Shown here one piece after another: positions 55,476 to 64,000 of a stretch of 64,000 nucleotides of DNA. The position numbers and the translations under genes were made by a program. The notes beneath the pieces were generated by a model that was not told the DNA's origin, made no database searches, and was given only the letters and a program-made list of their open reading frames with translations. The stretch's first letter is position 1, and the number at the start of each line of letters is the position of its first letter. The DNA is from a virus. The stretch spans positions 26,953-90,952 of the IMG/VR virus record IMGVR_UViG_3300025853_000045. The stretch is one strand, 5' to 3'.

Positions 55476-56395
55476 TGGTAAAGATTTACGAAGACGGCTC
55501 AAGTTATGCATGGACACCTGAAATGGGTGAAGAAGGAATTGTTATTCGCATGAGTAAATCGACATTGGGTTCGATTGATTGGTGTGCGCAACAGATGTGG
55601 CTCGACCATAATTATCCGAAACCTCAAGGATTGGTCAAGCATCTTGTTTTGGGTGATGATGTTCACAATGGTCTTGATTTGTTTTATCAGAAAATTGAGA
55701 AGCAAAAGCGAGGCATGACCATCAGGCAACTCAAGAATAATGGGGCTGACATGACAGAATATCTCAAGAAGTTGATTCCGAGTGAGAAAGAAGTTATGGA
55801 AAATCGTCGCGCGGAGAACAAAGACTTCCCGTTTTATCACGATGATTATTACCGCAACATGAATTGGTTGATGGAATTTGAAAACGCGCGCATTAAGATG
55901 GCATCCGAAGTATGGATGCCACTCGCAAATGAGGTGCGTCTTGAAGTCAAGTTGGATATGGACATCGAAGGATACGGAACAATTCCCGTTCAGTTCGTCG
56001 GTATCATCGACCGTGTGTTTGAAGCACCCGATGGTGGACTGATGCTATACGAGTTGAAGACAGGTAAATGGGCTGACTACAAATTATCTGACATGAGAAG
56101 AGAGATGGCCTTTTACAAATTTCTTATCGAAAATTGCGACAGCGCGTATTTACAAGAGCGAAACATCGACAGACCCGTTACACATTGGGGATGGCGATAT
56201 TCCTCCGCTGACCATTGGACAATTGAAAAAGCCAAGTATGGTATAGTTGCGATGAAGAACAGAATGAAGAAGTTGATTAAGATGTATCTTGACCAAGAGT
56301 TCCCTATTGCAAAAGAGAATTACAGATTTTCACCATGCTCTTACTGCGATAAACTTGAACTGTGTCCGAAGTATGCAATACAGGTGAGCGAATGA
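55472..56395 (+). CDS. Cas4/RecB-like PD-(D/E)XK exonuclease with Fe-S cysteines
   Basis: N-terminal C, GIIDRV, ELKTG and C-terminal CSYC.....C. Confidence 0.88.
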   Translation: MMVKIYEDGSSYAWTPEMGEEGIVIRMSKSTLGSIDWCAQQMWLDHNYPKPQGLVKHLVLGDDVHNGLDLFYQKIEKQKRGMTIRQLKNNGADMTEYLKKLIPSEKEVMENRRAENKDFPFYHDDYYRNMNWLMEFENARIKMASEVWMPLANEVRLEVKLDMDIEGYGTIPVQFVGIIDRVFEAPDGGLMLYELKTGKWADYKLSDMRREMAFYKFLIENCDSAYLQERNIDRPVTHWGWRYSSADHWTIEKAKYGIVAMKNRMKKLIKMYLDQEFPIAKENYRFSPCSYCDKLELCPKYAIQVSE

Positions 56396-56462
56396 CATCC
56401 GATTACTGTCCTATCTGTTTCGATTGTGAAGAAGACTTGGATGAATGTTGGGAACGAGGTGA

Positions 56463-56660
56463 ATGCTGATGACGCCCGACGAAATTGTTGATGATATGTA
56501 TGCGAGAGCCGAGAAGATACTGAAGATGGTTGATTGCCCTATCTGTGAGTATTGGAGAATCCAAGAACATCAAAAAGTCTGTTCTCAATGCGTTGAAAAA
56601 TTGAAAGACTTCGCTATTACTGCGGGAATGAGGTTTGACCATGAAAGCATTACCAATTGA
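56463..56660 (+). CDS. Small Zn-finger protein
   Basis: CPIC...CSQC; GAGGTGA RBS. Confidence 0.55.
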   Translation: MLMTPDEIVDDMYARAEKILKMVDCPICEYWRIQEHQKVCSQCVEKLKDFAITAGMRFDHESITN

Positions 56661-57723
56661 TTTTCCAAAAGAAGTTGGATTGTTCAGAAAAATTGTCAAC
56701 AACCAATCAGAATTTGAACGCTATTGGTCATCGTTGGAAAATTCACAATGCGCGTATATGTCTGTGTATGGCTTTCGGGCCGTCAAACCAAACGGTCGTC
56801 GCGCTGAATACAACACAGCCATCATCTCTCATTTCGTGTTGGACTTCGACAAGAAGTATCGTAAGGGAAGCAACATGGTTGAAGTTGAGGGTGATGAGGT
56901 TGTCGAACAAGTTCGTCGTCTTCACTATCATTTGCTTGAAGAAAATATCAAACATGGTTTGTGGTTCAGCGGTAATGGATTTCACATTTGGATTGCGCTT
57001 GACAAAACACACTTGCCATCGAACGGGATTCAAGTCTCTCACATCAAAGCGGCAGGTAAGAAGGTCATCAATCAATGGAAGAAAGACATGGAATTGTATT
57101 GCATGGACCCGACTGTGCCATTTGACACCGCGCGTATGATTCGTGTTCCTAATTCATACAACGCTAAACAGCACGTTCTTCGTTGGAGTATTCCACTTAC
57201 AAGCGATATGCTAACGATGAACAATTGGGAACAGATTTGCCACTTGGCTCATCAACCGCGCAATACCGCACACTTCTATGGTGAGAAAGGCGTCAATTTA
57301 CCAATCAAAGAAGTCAAAGACAATCAATTCAGATTCAAAGAAACAGGTGAACCTGTTGAGTTCGACGCTGTCAGGATGGAGGGAGTCAAGATTCTTCCGT
57401 GTCTTTCAGAAGCGGCCTGTCAAGTGGGTAGCAACCCACCACACATCAGTCGCGCGAGTCTCGCAATTTACCTTGCTTCTCGACTTCGCAACTTCTTACC
57501 TGTGCATAGAACAACCGCGCAAATGAGAAACAAACATGTGTTGTCGATTCATGATTTCATCAAGTCGTTACAATGGGCTGACTACAATCCCGGCGTTACC
57601 GAATATCAAGTGCGCTCTATTGTCGAAGGCGGATACAGCGAACGCTGTGAAAGTCTGATAGGGAAGGGTCTTTGTATTGGTCGCTGTCGTCTATGGGATG
57701 GAACAGGTGAGGTTCATGACTAA
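56641..57723 (+). CDS. Archaeo-eukaryotic primase with a fused PriL-like C-terminal domain
   Basis: LDFD, SGNGFH and RMIRVPNS; C-terminal LPC...C......C...C. Confidence 0.88.
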   Translation: MKALPIDFPKEVGLFRKIVNNQSEFERYWSSLENSQCAYMSVYGFRAVKPNGRRAEYNTAIISHFVLDFDKKYRKGSNMVEVEGDEVVEQVRRLHYHLLEENIKHGLWFSGNGFHIWIALDKTHLPSNGIQVSHIKAAGKKVINQWKKDMELYCMDPTVPFDTARMIRVPNSYNAKQHVLRWSIPLTSDMLTMNNWEQICHLAHQPRNTAHFYGEKGVNLPIKEVKDNQFRFKETGEPVEFDAVRMEGVKILPCLSEAACQVGSNPPHISRASLAIYLASRLRNFLPVHRTTAQMRNKHVLSIHDFIKSLQWADYNPGVTEYQVRSIVEGGYSERCESLIGKGLCIGRCRLWDGTGEVHD

Positions 57724-57955
57724 GCAACTTATCAGATTTACAAAAACAGTATTACGAGAAGGCGGAGAAATGACCCTACATGAAATTATGGACGCAATCA
57801 AACAACGATGGCCGCGACGAACACCAACAAGAGCATCGCTGTCAAATGTGTTAGCAAAGAATCCTGACTTCATCATCTTGGATGAAGTGACAAAAGAATC
57901 GACTGTGTCATCAGCGAGTAAATATGACACATACATATGGGGGCTTATCGAATGA
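57716..57955 (+). CDS. Winged-HTH protein
   Basis: GEMTLHEIMDAIK...PTRASLSNVLAKNPDF. Confidence 0.7.
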   Translation: MTKQLIRFTKTVLREGGEMTLHEIMDAIKQRWPRRTPTRASLSNVLAKNPDFIILDEVTKESTVSSASKYDTYIWGLIE

Positions 57956-58641
57956 AACCTCCATTGATTATCGACACAAACGAACGTGGCGCGCTTGTAT
58001 CTTCTATCGAAAGAAGAGCCAAAGCGAGAAGCCCTCGCATTAGTATTTCGCGAGAAAATCTTGTCAACGGTGATTACAAATGTGGTGATTGGTTGATTGA
58101 AGCCAAGAGCGTCGACGACCTCTTCTCATCAATACGAAGCGGTCATCTGATGCGACAACTCGATAACATGGACGCCAATGATGGTAACTATGGTTTGGTG
58201 GTGTGGGGCGAAGTAAAAGATTACGTTCGACGTGCGCAAAGTCGCGGCTCTTCCATTACTGTCAGTCAGGCATTGAAACAGATGTCGGGCTTTCTTGGTC
58301 GCGTCGTTGCAGATTTTGGTTGCTTGATTTATCGTGCGCCAAACGTTAGCGAAGCATCTCAATTTATGGTTGCTTTGCATGAAAAGACCTACAAAAAAGC
58401 AAGTCGGCATGGCGCACAAGCGGTGCGTCGTGTTAGCACAAATGATGTGCGCGCCGATATGTTGCTTACAATTCCCGGCATCGGTGCTGAAATGGCTGAT
58501 GCGATTATCAACGCATGTGGCTCAATCGAAGAAGTCGCATGTGGAGAATGTTTGCGTGACGTTCCTCGTATGGGGAAGGTGTTGCGCAATCGTGTTATTG
58601 AAGTGTTGACGAGCGAAGAAGAAGTTCGCGTCGAACGGTGA
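57952..58641 (+). CDS. ERCC4/XPF-family structure-specific nuclease with HhH
   Basis: IDTNE, GDY, IEAKSVDDL.SS..SG.L..Q and IPGIG. Confidence 0.9.
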   Translation: MKPPLIIDTNERGALVSSIERRAKARSPRISISRENLVNGDYKCGDWLIEAKSVDDLFSSIRSGHLMRQLDNMDANDGNYGLVVWGEVKDYVRRAQSRGSSITVSQALKQMSGFLGRVVADFGCLIYRAPNVSEASQFMVALHEKTYKKASRHGAQAVRRVSTNDVRADMLLTIPGIGAEMADAIINACGSIEEVACGECLRDVPRMGKVLRNRVIEVLTSEEEVRVER

Positions 58642-58664
58642 TACTATGATGACACCAATACGAA

Positions 58665-58725
58665 TCCAATCATTTTATCTTTATTATAAGATAGTGATAA
58701 ACAAGAAAATAAGAAATGGTTATAG
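58665..58725. promoter_or_regulatory. AT-rich intergenic island (TTATTATAAG)
   Basis: Weaker member of the AT-island set; upstream of the helicase-thermosome genes. Confidence 0.45.
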
Positions 58726-58776
58726 GCCAACCACCATTCCCAAGAGTTGTCCGACCCAAAAAAAGGAGAAAAAAAT

Positions 58777-60201
58777 ATGCCCCAAAGACAATGGAACCAA
58801 TACACAGTAGTGAAAGAATACCCAATGATGAAGGAATACCTTGAGCGTTTCCGAATGACTTCGTTCTTCAACGAAGTTCCCGGCCTCATATCATTCTTTT
58901 ATCTTCAAGGCCAAGCCCTTGTTGACTATGCCCGAATACCCGTATGGGCTTCGGCACTTGACCCGCGAATACATGTATTTTGGATACAAGCAACGCGTTC
59001 AGGTAAGTCGATTGCTTGGGAATTCACAGGAGAAGTAGCCGACTTAGCAGGTCTGAACATCGACATGTTCACAAGCGGAACTGACAGCGCGCTTATCGGG
59101 TCAATCGACTCGGTGAGTGATGGTGATGGAGGATACGACCTTGTTCAAAACGAAGGGTTGCTCGGCGGTAAGAAGTGTTTGAACTTCGATGAAGGTTCAA
59201 TCCTTCTTCAATCCAACCCCAAGCAATTCTTTTCAGAAGTCATTCTGTATCTTCAACAGGCCATGAATCCTGTCGGAAGCCACAGCAACACCTTGACCAA
59301 ACACATGAAGAACGGAACAGTCGAAACAGAATCGCGTGTGTCGTTTTGGATTACATCGTTTCCACCAAGCGGAGTCAAAGAATACGTTTTGACCAAAGGT
59401 CTTTTCCAACGCGTTTTGTTGCTTTACCGACCGTGGAGCGATGATATGCGACAGATGGTATCCGAAAGAAGAATGAGTGGTGTTTTCAAAAACCAACTAA
59501 CCGAAGTTCAATCGCTTGAAGATGTTGCTCAACACTTCATTCGTATTCGTGAAAAGACAGAAGCGCGCTTATTGAACTGTGTTGATATGACACAACAAGA
59601 GTGGGAAGAACTCTCACCGGCAGGTAAGGAAGATGTAGCACGCGCTTGTATGCATGACATGTTCAACGTTGACCCATCCTTTGAACCTCAATTGATGGCT
59701 TCAACAGAAGAATACTACACACTCGTTCGTGGTATGGAAAAGCACTTGTCTGATGTTGTTTGTTCCTTTATCCCCAACATCCTCAATTACACAATCGTCT
59801 TTGCAACCCACATTGCATTGATGCGAGTCGAACGTGACAACATACCATTCGATGGTGAGTGGAAAGTCACAGGCGACGATGTTGAAATGGCAACGGAAGT
59901 TCTCTATGACATCTATGAGCAACTCGTTCTTTGGCTTGAGTCCGAAGTCGAGGTTGGTGCGAAAGCCGCTGAAAAGATTGCGCGCAAGGATGAATGGTCT
60001 AACGCGTTCAAGGCTTGTAAGCAAACAGAAATCGAAGGAAAGGGTGAAGGATGGGTTCTCAAGAACGACATGTTTGACCGATATGCCAACCAACTTGGTA
60101 AGAGCAAGCCAACGGTTTACAAGCGATACAAAGACGTGGAAGGTCTTTTCAACACATTCCGTGTCGGTAATGCTGTGTATGTTCGATTCAAGGAGGACTA
60201 A
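58777..60201 (+). CDS. MCM-like AAA+ replicative helicase
   Basis: ATRSGKS, LNFDEG, LQQAM, putative Arg finger FQR and C-terminal wHTH; AGGAG RBS. Confidence 0.65.
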   Translation: MPQRQWNQYTVVKEYPMMKEYLERFRMTSFFNEVPGLISFFYLQGQALVDYARIPVWASALDPRIHVFWIQATRSGKSIAWEFTGEVADLAGLNIDMFTSGTDSALIGSIDSVSDGDGGYDLVQNEGLLGGKKCLNFDEGSILLQSNPKQFFSEVILYLQQAMNPVGSHSNTLTKHMKNGTVETESRVSFWITSFPPSGVKEYVLTKGLFQRVLLLYRPWSDDMRQMVSERRMSGVFKNQLTEVQSLEDVAQHFIRIREKTEARLLNCVDMTQQEWEELSPAGKEDVARACMHDMFNVDPSFEPQLMASTEEYYTLVRGMEKHLSDVVCSFIPNILNYTIVFATHIALMRVERDNIPFDGEWKVTGDDVEMATEVLYDIYEQLVLWLESEVEVGAKAAEKIARKDEWSNAFKACKQTEIEGKGEGWVLKNDMFDRYANQLGKSKPTVYKRYKDVEGLFNTFRVGNAVYVRFKED

Positions 60202-60203
60202 GT

Positions 60204-60467
60204 ATGAACACAATAGAACAAGAAGAACTTTTCAAACAGATATTATCCGAAGTGCTTGACGTTCTTGAAGGTGGAGACGTCGCTCTCGACCTTCCGAATA
60301 TGCCGGGCGCGGCTGTGACAATTCGTATCATAGCAGACATCGCGGGTGGTGCATTGAAAAACATAAACGAGTCAAGAGAATTATTGGACGCGCTTCAAAA
60401 TAAATTAGGTGCGGTTTACAATCCTCAAAACCCATATCCATTTGAAGACAAGGGGGTGACAAAGTGA
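60204..60467 (+). CDS. Hypothetical protein
   Basis: AGGAGG RBS. Confidence 0.65.
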   Translation: MNTIEQEELFKQILSEVLDVLEGGDVALDLPNMPGAAVTIRIIADIAGGALKNINESRELLDALQNKLGAVYNPQNPYPFEDKGVTK

Positions 60468-61090
60468 GCAAAGTAATGGCACTCGATATTGAAACAGCGA
60501 ACTACTCGCATGAGATTGGCGGTTGGAGTCATTACCACTTGTTTGACCCGACAGTTGTAGCCACATGGGATGGCGAACAGGCACATGTGTTCACCAAAGC
60601 ATTCAGCCACGCTCAAAACATTGAAATTGACGGCGCGCAAATACACCCTCTTCACCCAAGAGAATTGGGTGAGCATCTCAAGAAGCACGTCGACAACGGT
60701 GGAGTCATCGTTGGACACAACATTCGTGGTTTCGACTTACCTGTTTTGAGAGACGCGCTTGACATGCATTACGCAGGTGTGTTGCTGAATAAAAACACTA
60801 TCGAAAATAAAGCCGTGATTGATACATCGTGGACGGTGCGTGATGCTTGTGGTAAAAGTCACGGACTTGATTCGTTATGCAAACACACACTCGGTAAAGG
60901 AAAAGAAATCATGGATTCAGCGGACGCGCCTGTGGCTTGGAAAGAAGGCCGAGAATTGGACGTCATGAAATACTGCATTGCAGATTGCCAACTCAATTAT
61001 GACCTGTTTCTTCATGGAAGAAACGAAGGCTTTGTCAAAGGCCGTAATGAAGAGACAGGACTGATTGAGGAATACCAAATAGGATGGTGA
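60464..61090 (+). CDS. DEDDy / RNase H-like 3'-5' exonuclease
   Basis: LDIET, GHNIRGFDL and YCIAD. Confidence 0.88.
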   Translation: MSKVMALDIETANYSHEIGGWSHYHLFDPTVVATWDGEQAHVFTKAFSHAQNIEIDGAQIHPLHPRELGEHLKKHVDNGGVIVGHNIRGFDLPVLRDALDMHYAGVLLNKNTIENKAVIDTSWTVRDACGKSHGLDSLCKHTLGKGKEIMDSADAPVAWKEGRELDVMKYCIADCQLNYDLFLHGRNEGFVKGRNEETGLIEEYQIGW

Positions 61091-61094
61091 AAAA

Positions 61095-62600
61095 ATGTCA
61101 GAAGAAAGAAAGACAGGAAGAGAAGCCCAAATGAGTAATATCCGAGCCGCAGTTCAAGTAGCGGAGACCGTAAGGTCGACGCTTGGTCCTGCGGGTATGG
61201 ACAAGATGCTCGTCGACGAACGCGGAGAAACAATTGTTACCAACGATGGTATCACAATTCTCCGAGAACTTGACACCGCGCATCCCGGTGCGCAGATGAT
61301 GGTTCAAGCGAGTCAGACACAAGAAGAAGTATGCAAAGATGGAACAACAAGTGTTGTTGTCCTCGCAGGTCAAATGCTCGCATTGAGCGAAGGACTGCTT
61401 GTGCGAGGTATCCATCCACAAGTTATTGTGCGCGCATTTAACAAAGCATCGAAGATTGCTCTTCGCAACATGCCTGACGCTGAACACAATGTAGCAGTCG
61501 AGCATGTAGCCGCAACTGCATTGCGTGGCAAAGCATCTGAATCATCACTTGGATTTGCGGCACAAATTGTAGGAGACGCGGCGCATAGAGTCAATGGTGA
61601 ATTGGAGCGCGTTCGCATACTAACACAAGCAGGTGGTAGCATGGACTCGTCGTATATTCACGAAGGACTCGTTCTTAACAAGACGTTTGTCAATCCTGAT
61701 TACGAAGGAGGAAAGAGGCATCATCCTCGTATTCTTCTTCTCGACGGTGGTCTTGACGGATTTAACTACGAAGATGTGCAAATGCAAATCAGCGACCCCT
61801 CACAACTTGAACAAATTCGCCAACAAGAAATGCAAATCCTAAGCAACGTCTCGTCTGTTATTGCCGAGATGTGCGATGTTGTCATTGTCCGAGACGGCGT
61901 TCATGAGGCTGTCGCAAAATACCTCGACAGTCAAGACGTTGGAGTTGTCAGTCGTGTGCAACAAAGCGACTTTGATGCTATCTCCCGCATAACGGGGGTA
62001 TCGGCATACCATCGAATCACAGATGTTCCTGAAGACGCACACCTACGCATCGAAGGAACAGTCGCGTCAATTAAAATTGGCGACCTTGATTATGTATCTG
62101 TATCAGCAAAGGAAAGCGACACACTTACTATGATTATACGAGGCGCAACTCGACAAACTCTCGATGAATACGAACGTGCGTTTGAGGATGCTCTTGGTGT
62201 AGCGTGCCTTTTCATGCAGGACAAGCGTCTGTATCCCGGTGGCGGAGCAGTCATGTCGAAGTTGTCCATGATTATACGCAAACATGCTACGGAATCTCCC
62301 GACATGACCGCGCGTGAAAGAATGTGTATGGAAGCCTATGCTGACTCGCTTGAGATTATCCCTGCCGCTATTGCAAGCAACGCGGGTATGGACCCACTTG
62401 ACGTCGTTATGGAACTGCGTTCATGTTCAGACTTGGAAGGTCTTTACATCGACTTCACAGGCGAAGGTGAAATCACCAACACAGCCGAATTGGGCGTATG
62501 GGAACCCGCCGCGCTTATCGAGCAAATCATCAGTTCAGCGACAGAAGTGGCTTGTTCTATACTCCGCATTGACGACATTATTGCGAGGCGCGGACAATGA
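61095..62600 (+). CDS. Group II chaperonin (thermosome subunit)
   Basis: [38 protein letters not shown] and ILRIDDII. Confidence 0.95.
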   Translation: MSEERKTGREAQMSNIRAAVQVAETVRSTLGPAGMDKMLVDERGETIVTNDGITILRELDTAHPGAQMMVQASQTQEEVCKDGTTSVVVLAGQMLALSEGLLVRGIHPQVIVRAFNKASKIALRNMPDAEHNVAVEHVAATALRGKASESSLGFAAQIVGDAAHRVNGELERVRILTQAGGSMDSSYIHEGLVLNKTFVNPDYEGGKRHHPRILLLDGGLDGFNYEDVQMQISDPSQLEQIRQQEMQILSNVSSVIAEMCDVVIVRDGVHEAVAKYLDSQDVGVVSRVQQSDFDAISRITGVSAYHRITDVPEDAHLRIEGTVASIKIGDLDYVSVSAKESDTLTMIIRGATRQTLDEYERAFEDALGVACLFMQDKRLYPGGGAVMSKLSMIIRKHATESPDMTARERMCMEAYADSLEIIPAAIASNAGMDPLDVVMELRSCSDLEGLYIDFTGEGEITNTAELGVWEPAALIEQIISSATEVACSILRIDDIIARRGQ

Positions 62601-62743
62601 TTGTTGCGCTGATTACAACACTCTTCGTTGTTATCATCGCTCTTGTAGCGTTTGAGTTGATACTTTACTTAGCCGACCAAACGGTGCGTAGGATAAACAA
62701 TATCCCTATTCCTCATTCTGCTGAAATCGAGGAAGCGGAGTAA
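62597..62743 (+). CDS. Small single-TM membrane protein (48 aa)
   Basis: [25 protein letters not shown]; ATGA overlap with the thermosome stop. Confidence 0.6.
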   Translation: MIVALITTLFVVIIALVAFELILYLADQTVRRINNIPIPHSAEIEEAE

Positions 62744-63575
62744 GCCCTTTGGCGTTCTTACGTCGTTGTGCTTCCCGTATCTGTTTTGCTCGCGCTTGCC
62801 TTTGTCTGAATTTCGCATTGCGTTCTTTGTTGGTTAATGCCTCATGACGCATACGCTCAAGCATTCGATTTTGTTTTCTTCGTTCCTCATCCACAGCAAC
62901 CTGTCTTCGTTGTTGTTGCGCTGAAAAGTCTGTTGGGGAGAAAGCAGGTCGCCCGTCGAGGGTTTTCTGTCCTTGAACGAACAAGCGTTTTTGATTCGGG
63001 TCTTCATCTTTCAACAAGCGCGCTACAATATCCATTGGCTCGCTGTGATACATCATATCGTGTTGCTGATTGATTTCTTGCTGTTCCTTCATAATACAGG
63101 GTGTGCATACAGATGCGCCGAACATTTGGTTTGACATGGCCGCTTCTTGACCACTCATCGGTGCTTTGCACAATTCGCATTCAGCGGAGTGACCGCTAAG
63201 ATTCATCTGTGGTGCTTTGATGACCACCATCTGTGGTGCTTTCACCATGTTCCCACACTTGCATTGTTGACCCGGTCTCGTAACGACACCGCAGTAGTCG
63301 CAATGACGCAGAAACGTCTTGAGTGTCGAACCGACTGACGGATGAGAGCGCGCCCTGTTCGTGTGTGGGTCTTCGGGAACGATTGTGCCTCGCTTGGTGT
63401 GGCTCATGTCTTTACCGCCCTTACCTGCAACACCGCGCTTACGACGCTCACGTTCCAAGTCCCTGCGATACTTCTTACGTTCAGGAGTGGATTCGTATTC
63501 TGTTTCATACTTGCGCTTATGCTCGATTGCTTTGGGAGACTTAGCCTCCTTGAGCATACGCCACCACCAATTCAT
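62706..63575 (-). CDS. Modular basic protein (HNH-like, two Zn fingers, basic helix)
   Basis: KDMSH...NRAR, CDYC..CKC and CELC..CTPC; WRMLK and ARLLK motifs. Confidence 0.7.
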   Translation of the reverse strand: MNWWWRMLKEAKSPKAIEHKRKYETEYESTPERKKYRRDLERERRKRGVAGKGGKDMSHTKRGTIVPEDPHTNRARSHPSVGSTLKTFLRHCDYCGVVTRPGQQCKCGNMVKAPQMVVIKAPQMNLSGHSAECELCKAPMSGQEAAMSNQMFGASVCTPCIMKEQQEINQQHDMMYHSEPMDIVARLLKDEDPNQKRLFVQGQKTLDGRPAFSPTDFSAQQQRRQVAVDEERRKQNRMLERMRHEALTNKERNAKFRQRQARAKQIREAQRRKNAKGLTPLPRFQQNEE

Positions 63576-63584
63576 GCGCGCACC

Positions 63585-63932
63585 TCAAGGTTCGGGTCGG
63601 GGCATCCTCTTGATACCGGGATTAAAACCGGGTGTGAACTCTTCGTTGCCGGACTCCATCGTTCTGCTCGTCTGCTCTCTTGCTCGCTCTTTTTCTCGCC
63701 TCAACCGACTTGGGTTGTAGCGACGCATTGATTCCATAGCGTCAGCCACAGATTCATCATTGGGATGGAAAGGTGCGTTTGGGTCTTCTATTTGCGCGGC
63801 GAGGTTGTCATACACCATAGCGGCGGGATGCTCGATGGGTTTACCGTCTGTATCGCGCATATCGCGGTTGCCCTTCAACAAAGCAAACGCTTCGTCCATG
63901 ACGTTGATTGTTTCAGGTGACAAGGCGCGCAT
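63585..63932 (-). CDS. Hypothetical protein with the MDEAFALLKG motif
   Basis: ORF on the late strand carrying the shared motif. Confidence 0.65.
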   Translation of the reverse strand: MRALSPETINVMDEAFALLKGNRDMRDTDGKPIEHPAAMVYDNLAAQIEDPNAPFHPNDESVADAMESMRRYNPSRLRREKERAREQTSRTMESGNEEFTPGFNPGIKRMPRPEP

Positions 63933-64000
63933 AATAAATTCTCGATGTTGTCGCGCATCACCTTGAATGTCTTTTGAGCGTGGGTCGAAGGTGACACCTT

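Noticed and set aside
55472-56395. CRISPR-Cas locus
   Set aside because: A solo Cas4-like nuclease in a replication operon; no cas1/cas2 and no repeat-spacer array seen in the window.
1-64000. Integrase, transposase or provirus boundaries
   Set aside because: No recombinase, IS ends or host housekeeping genes recognised; the whole window appears viral.

Overview
The window is almost certainly part of a large head-tail (Caudoviricetes) virus of an archaeon. The gene set best matches the magroviruses of Marine Group II Euryarchaeota (Poseidoniales); this host call is an inference, not a database result. 1-26.3 kb (minus strand) is a morphogenesis/packaging arm: a large ORF running off the left edge, portal, a LAGLIDADG fusion, small basic proteins, terminase, a six-gene membrane operon built around an Arf-like small GTPase, and a 2.3-kaa giant protein. 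At about 27 kb a CGCG-rich non-coding island marks the strand switch. 27.4-47.8 kb (plus) is an early/accessory arm: SF2 and SNF2 helicases, a DUF932-like protein, two DenV-like glycosylases and a degenerate DNA ligase. 47.9-62.7 kb (plus) is an archaeal-type replisome: RFC, putative SSB, ATPase, PCNA-like clamp, PolB, Cas4-like nuclease, primase, ERCC4 nuclease, MCM-like helicase, DEDD exonuclease and a thermosome. The most notable signals are (i) the viral Arf-like GTPase/membrane operon, (ii) an acidic M[FY]DLTL motif shared by four unrelated proteins, (iii) a [WF]xx[LM]K motif shared by most late-arm proteins, and (iv) several recurrent non-coding elements. No major capsid, tail, tRNA, rRNA or CRISPR features were recognised. 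Where I moved a start codon from the ORF track, I used RBS and stop/start overlaps.
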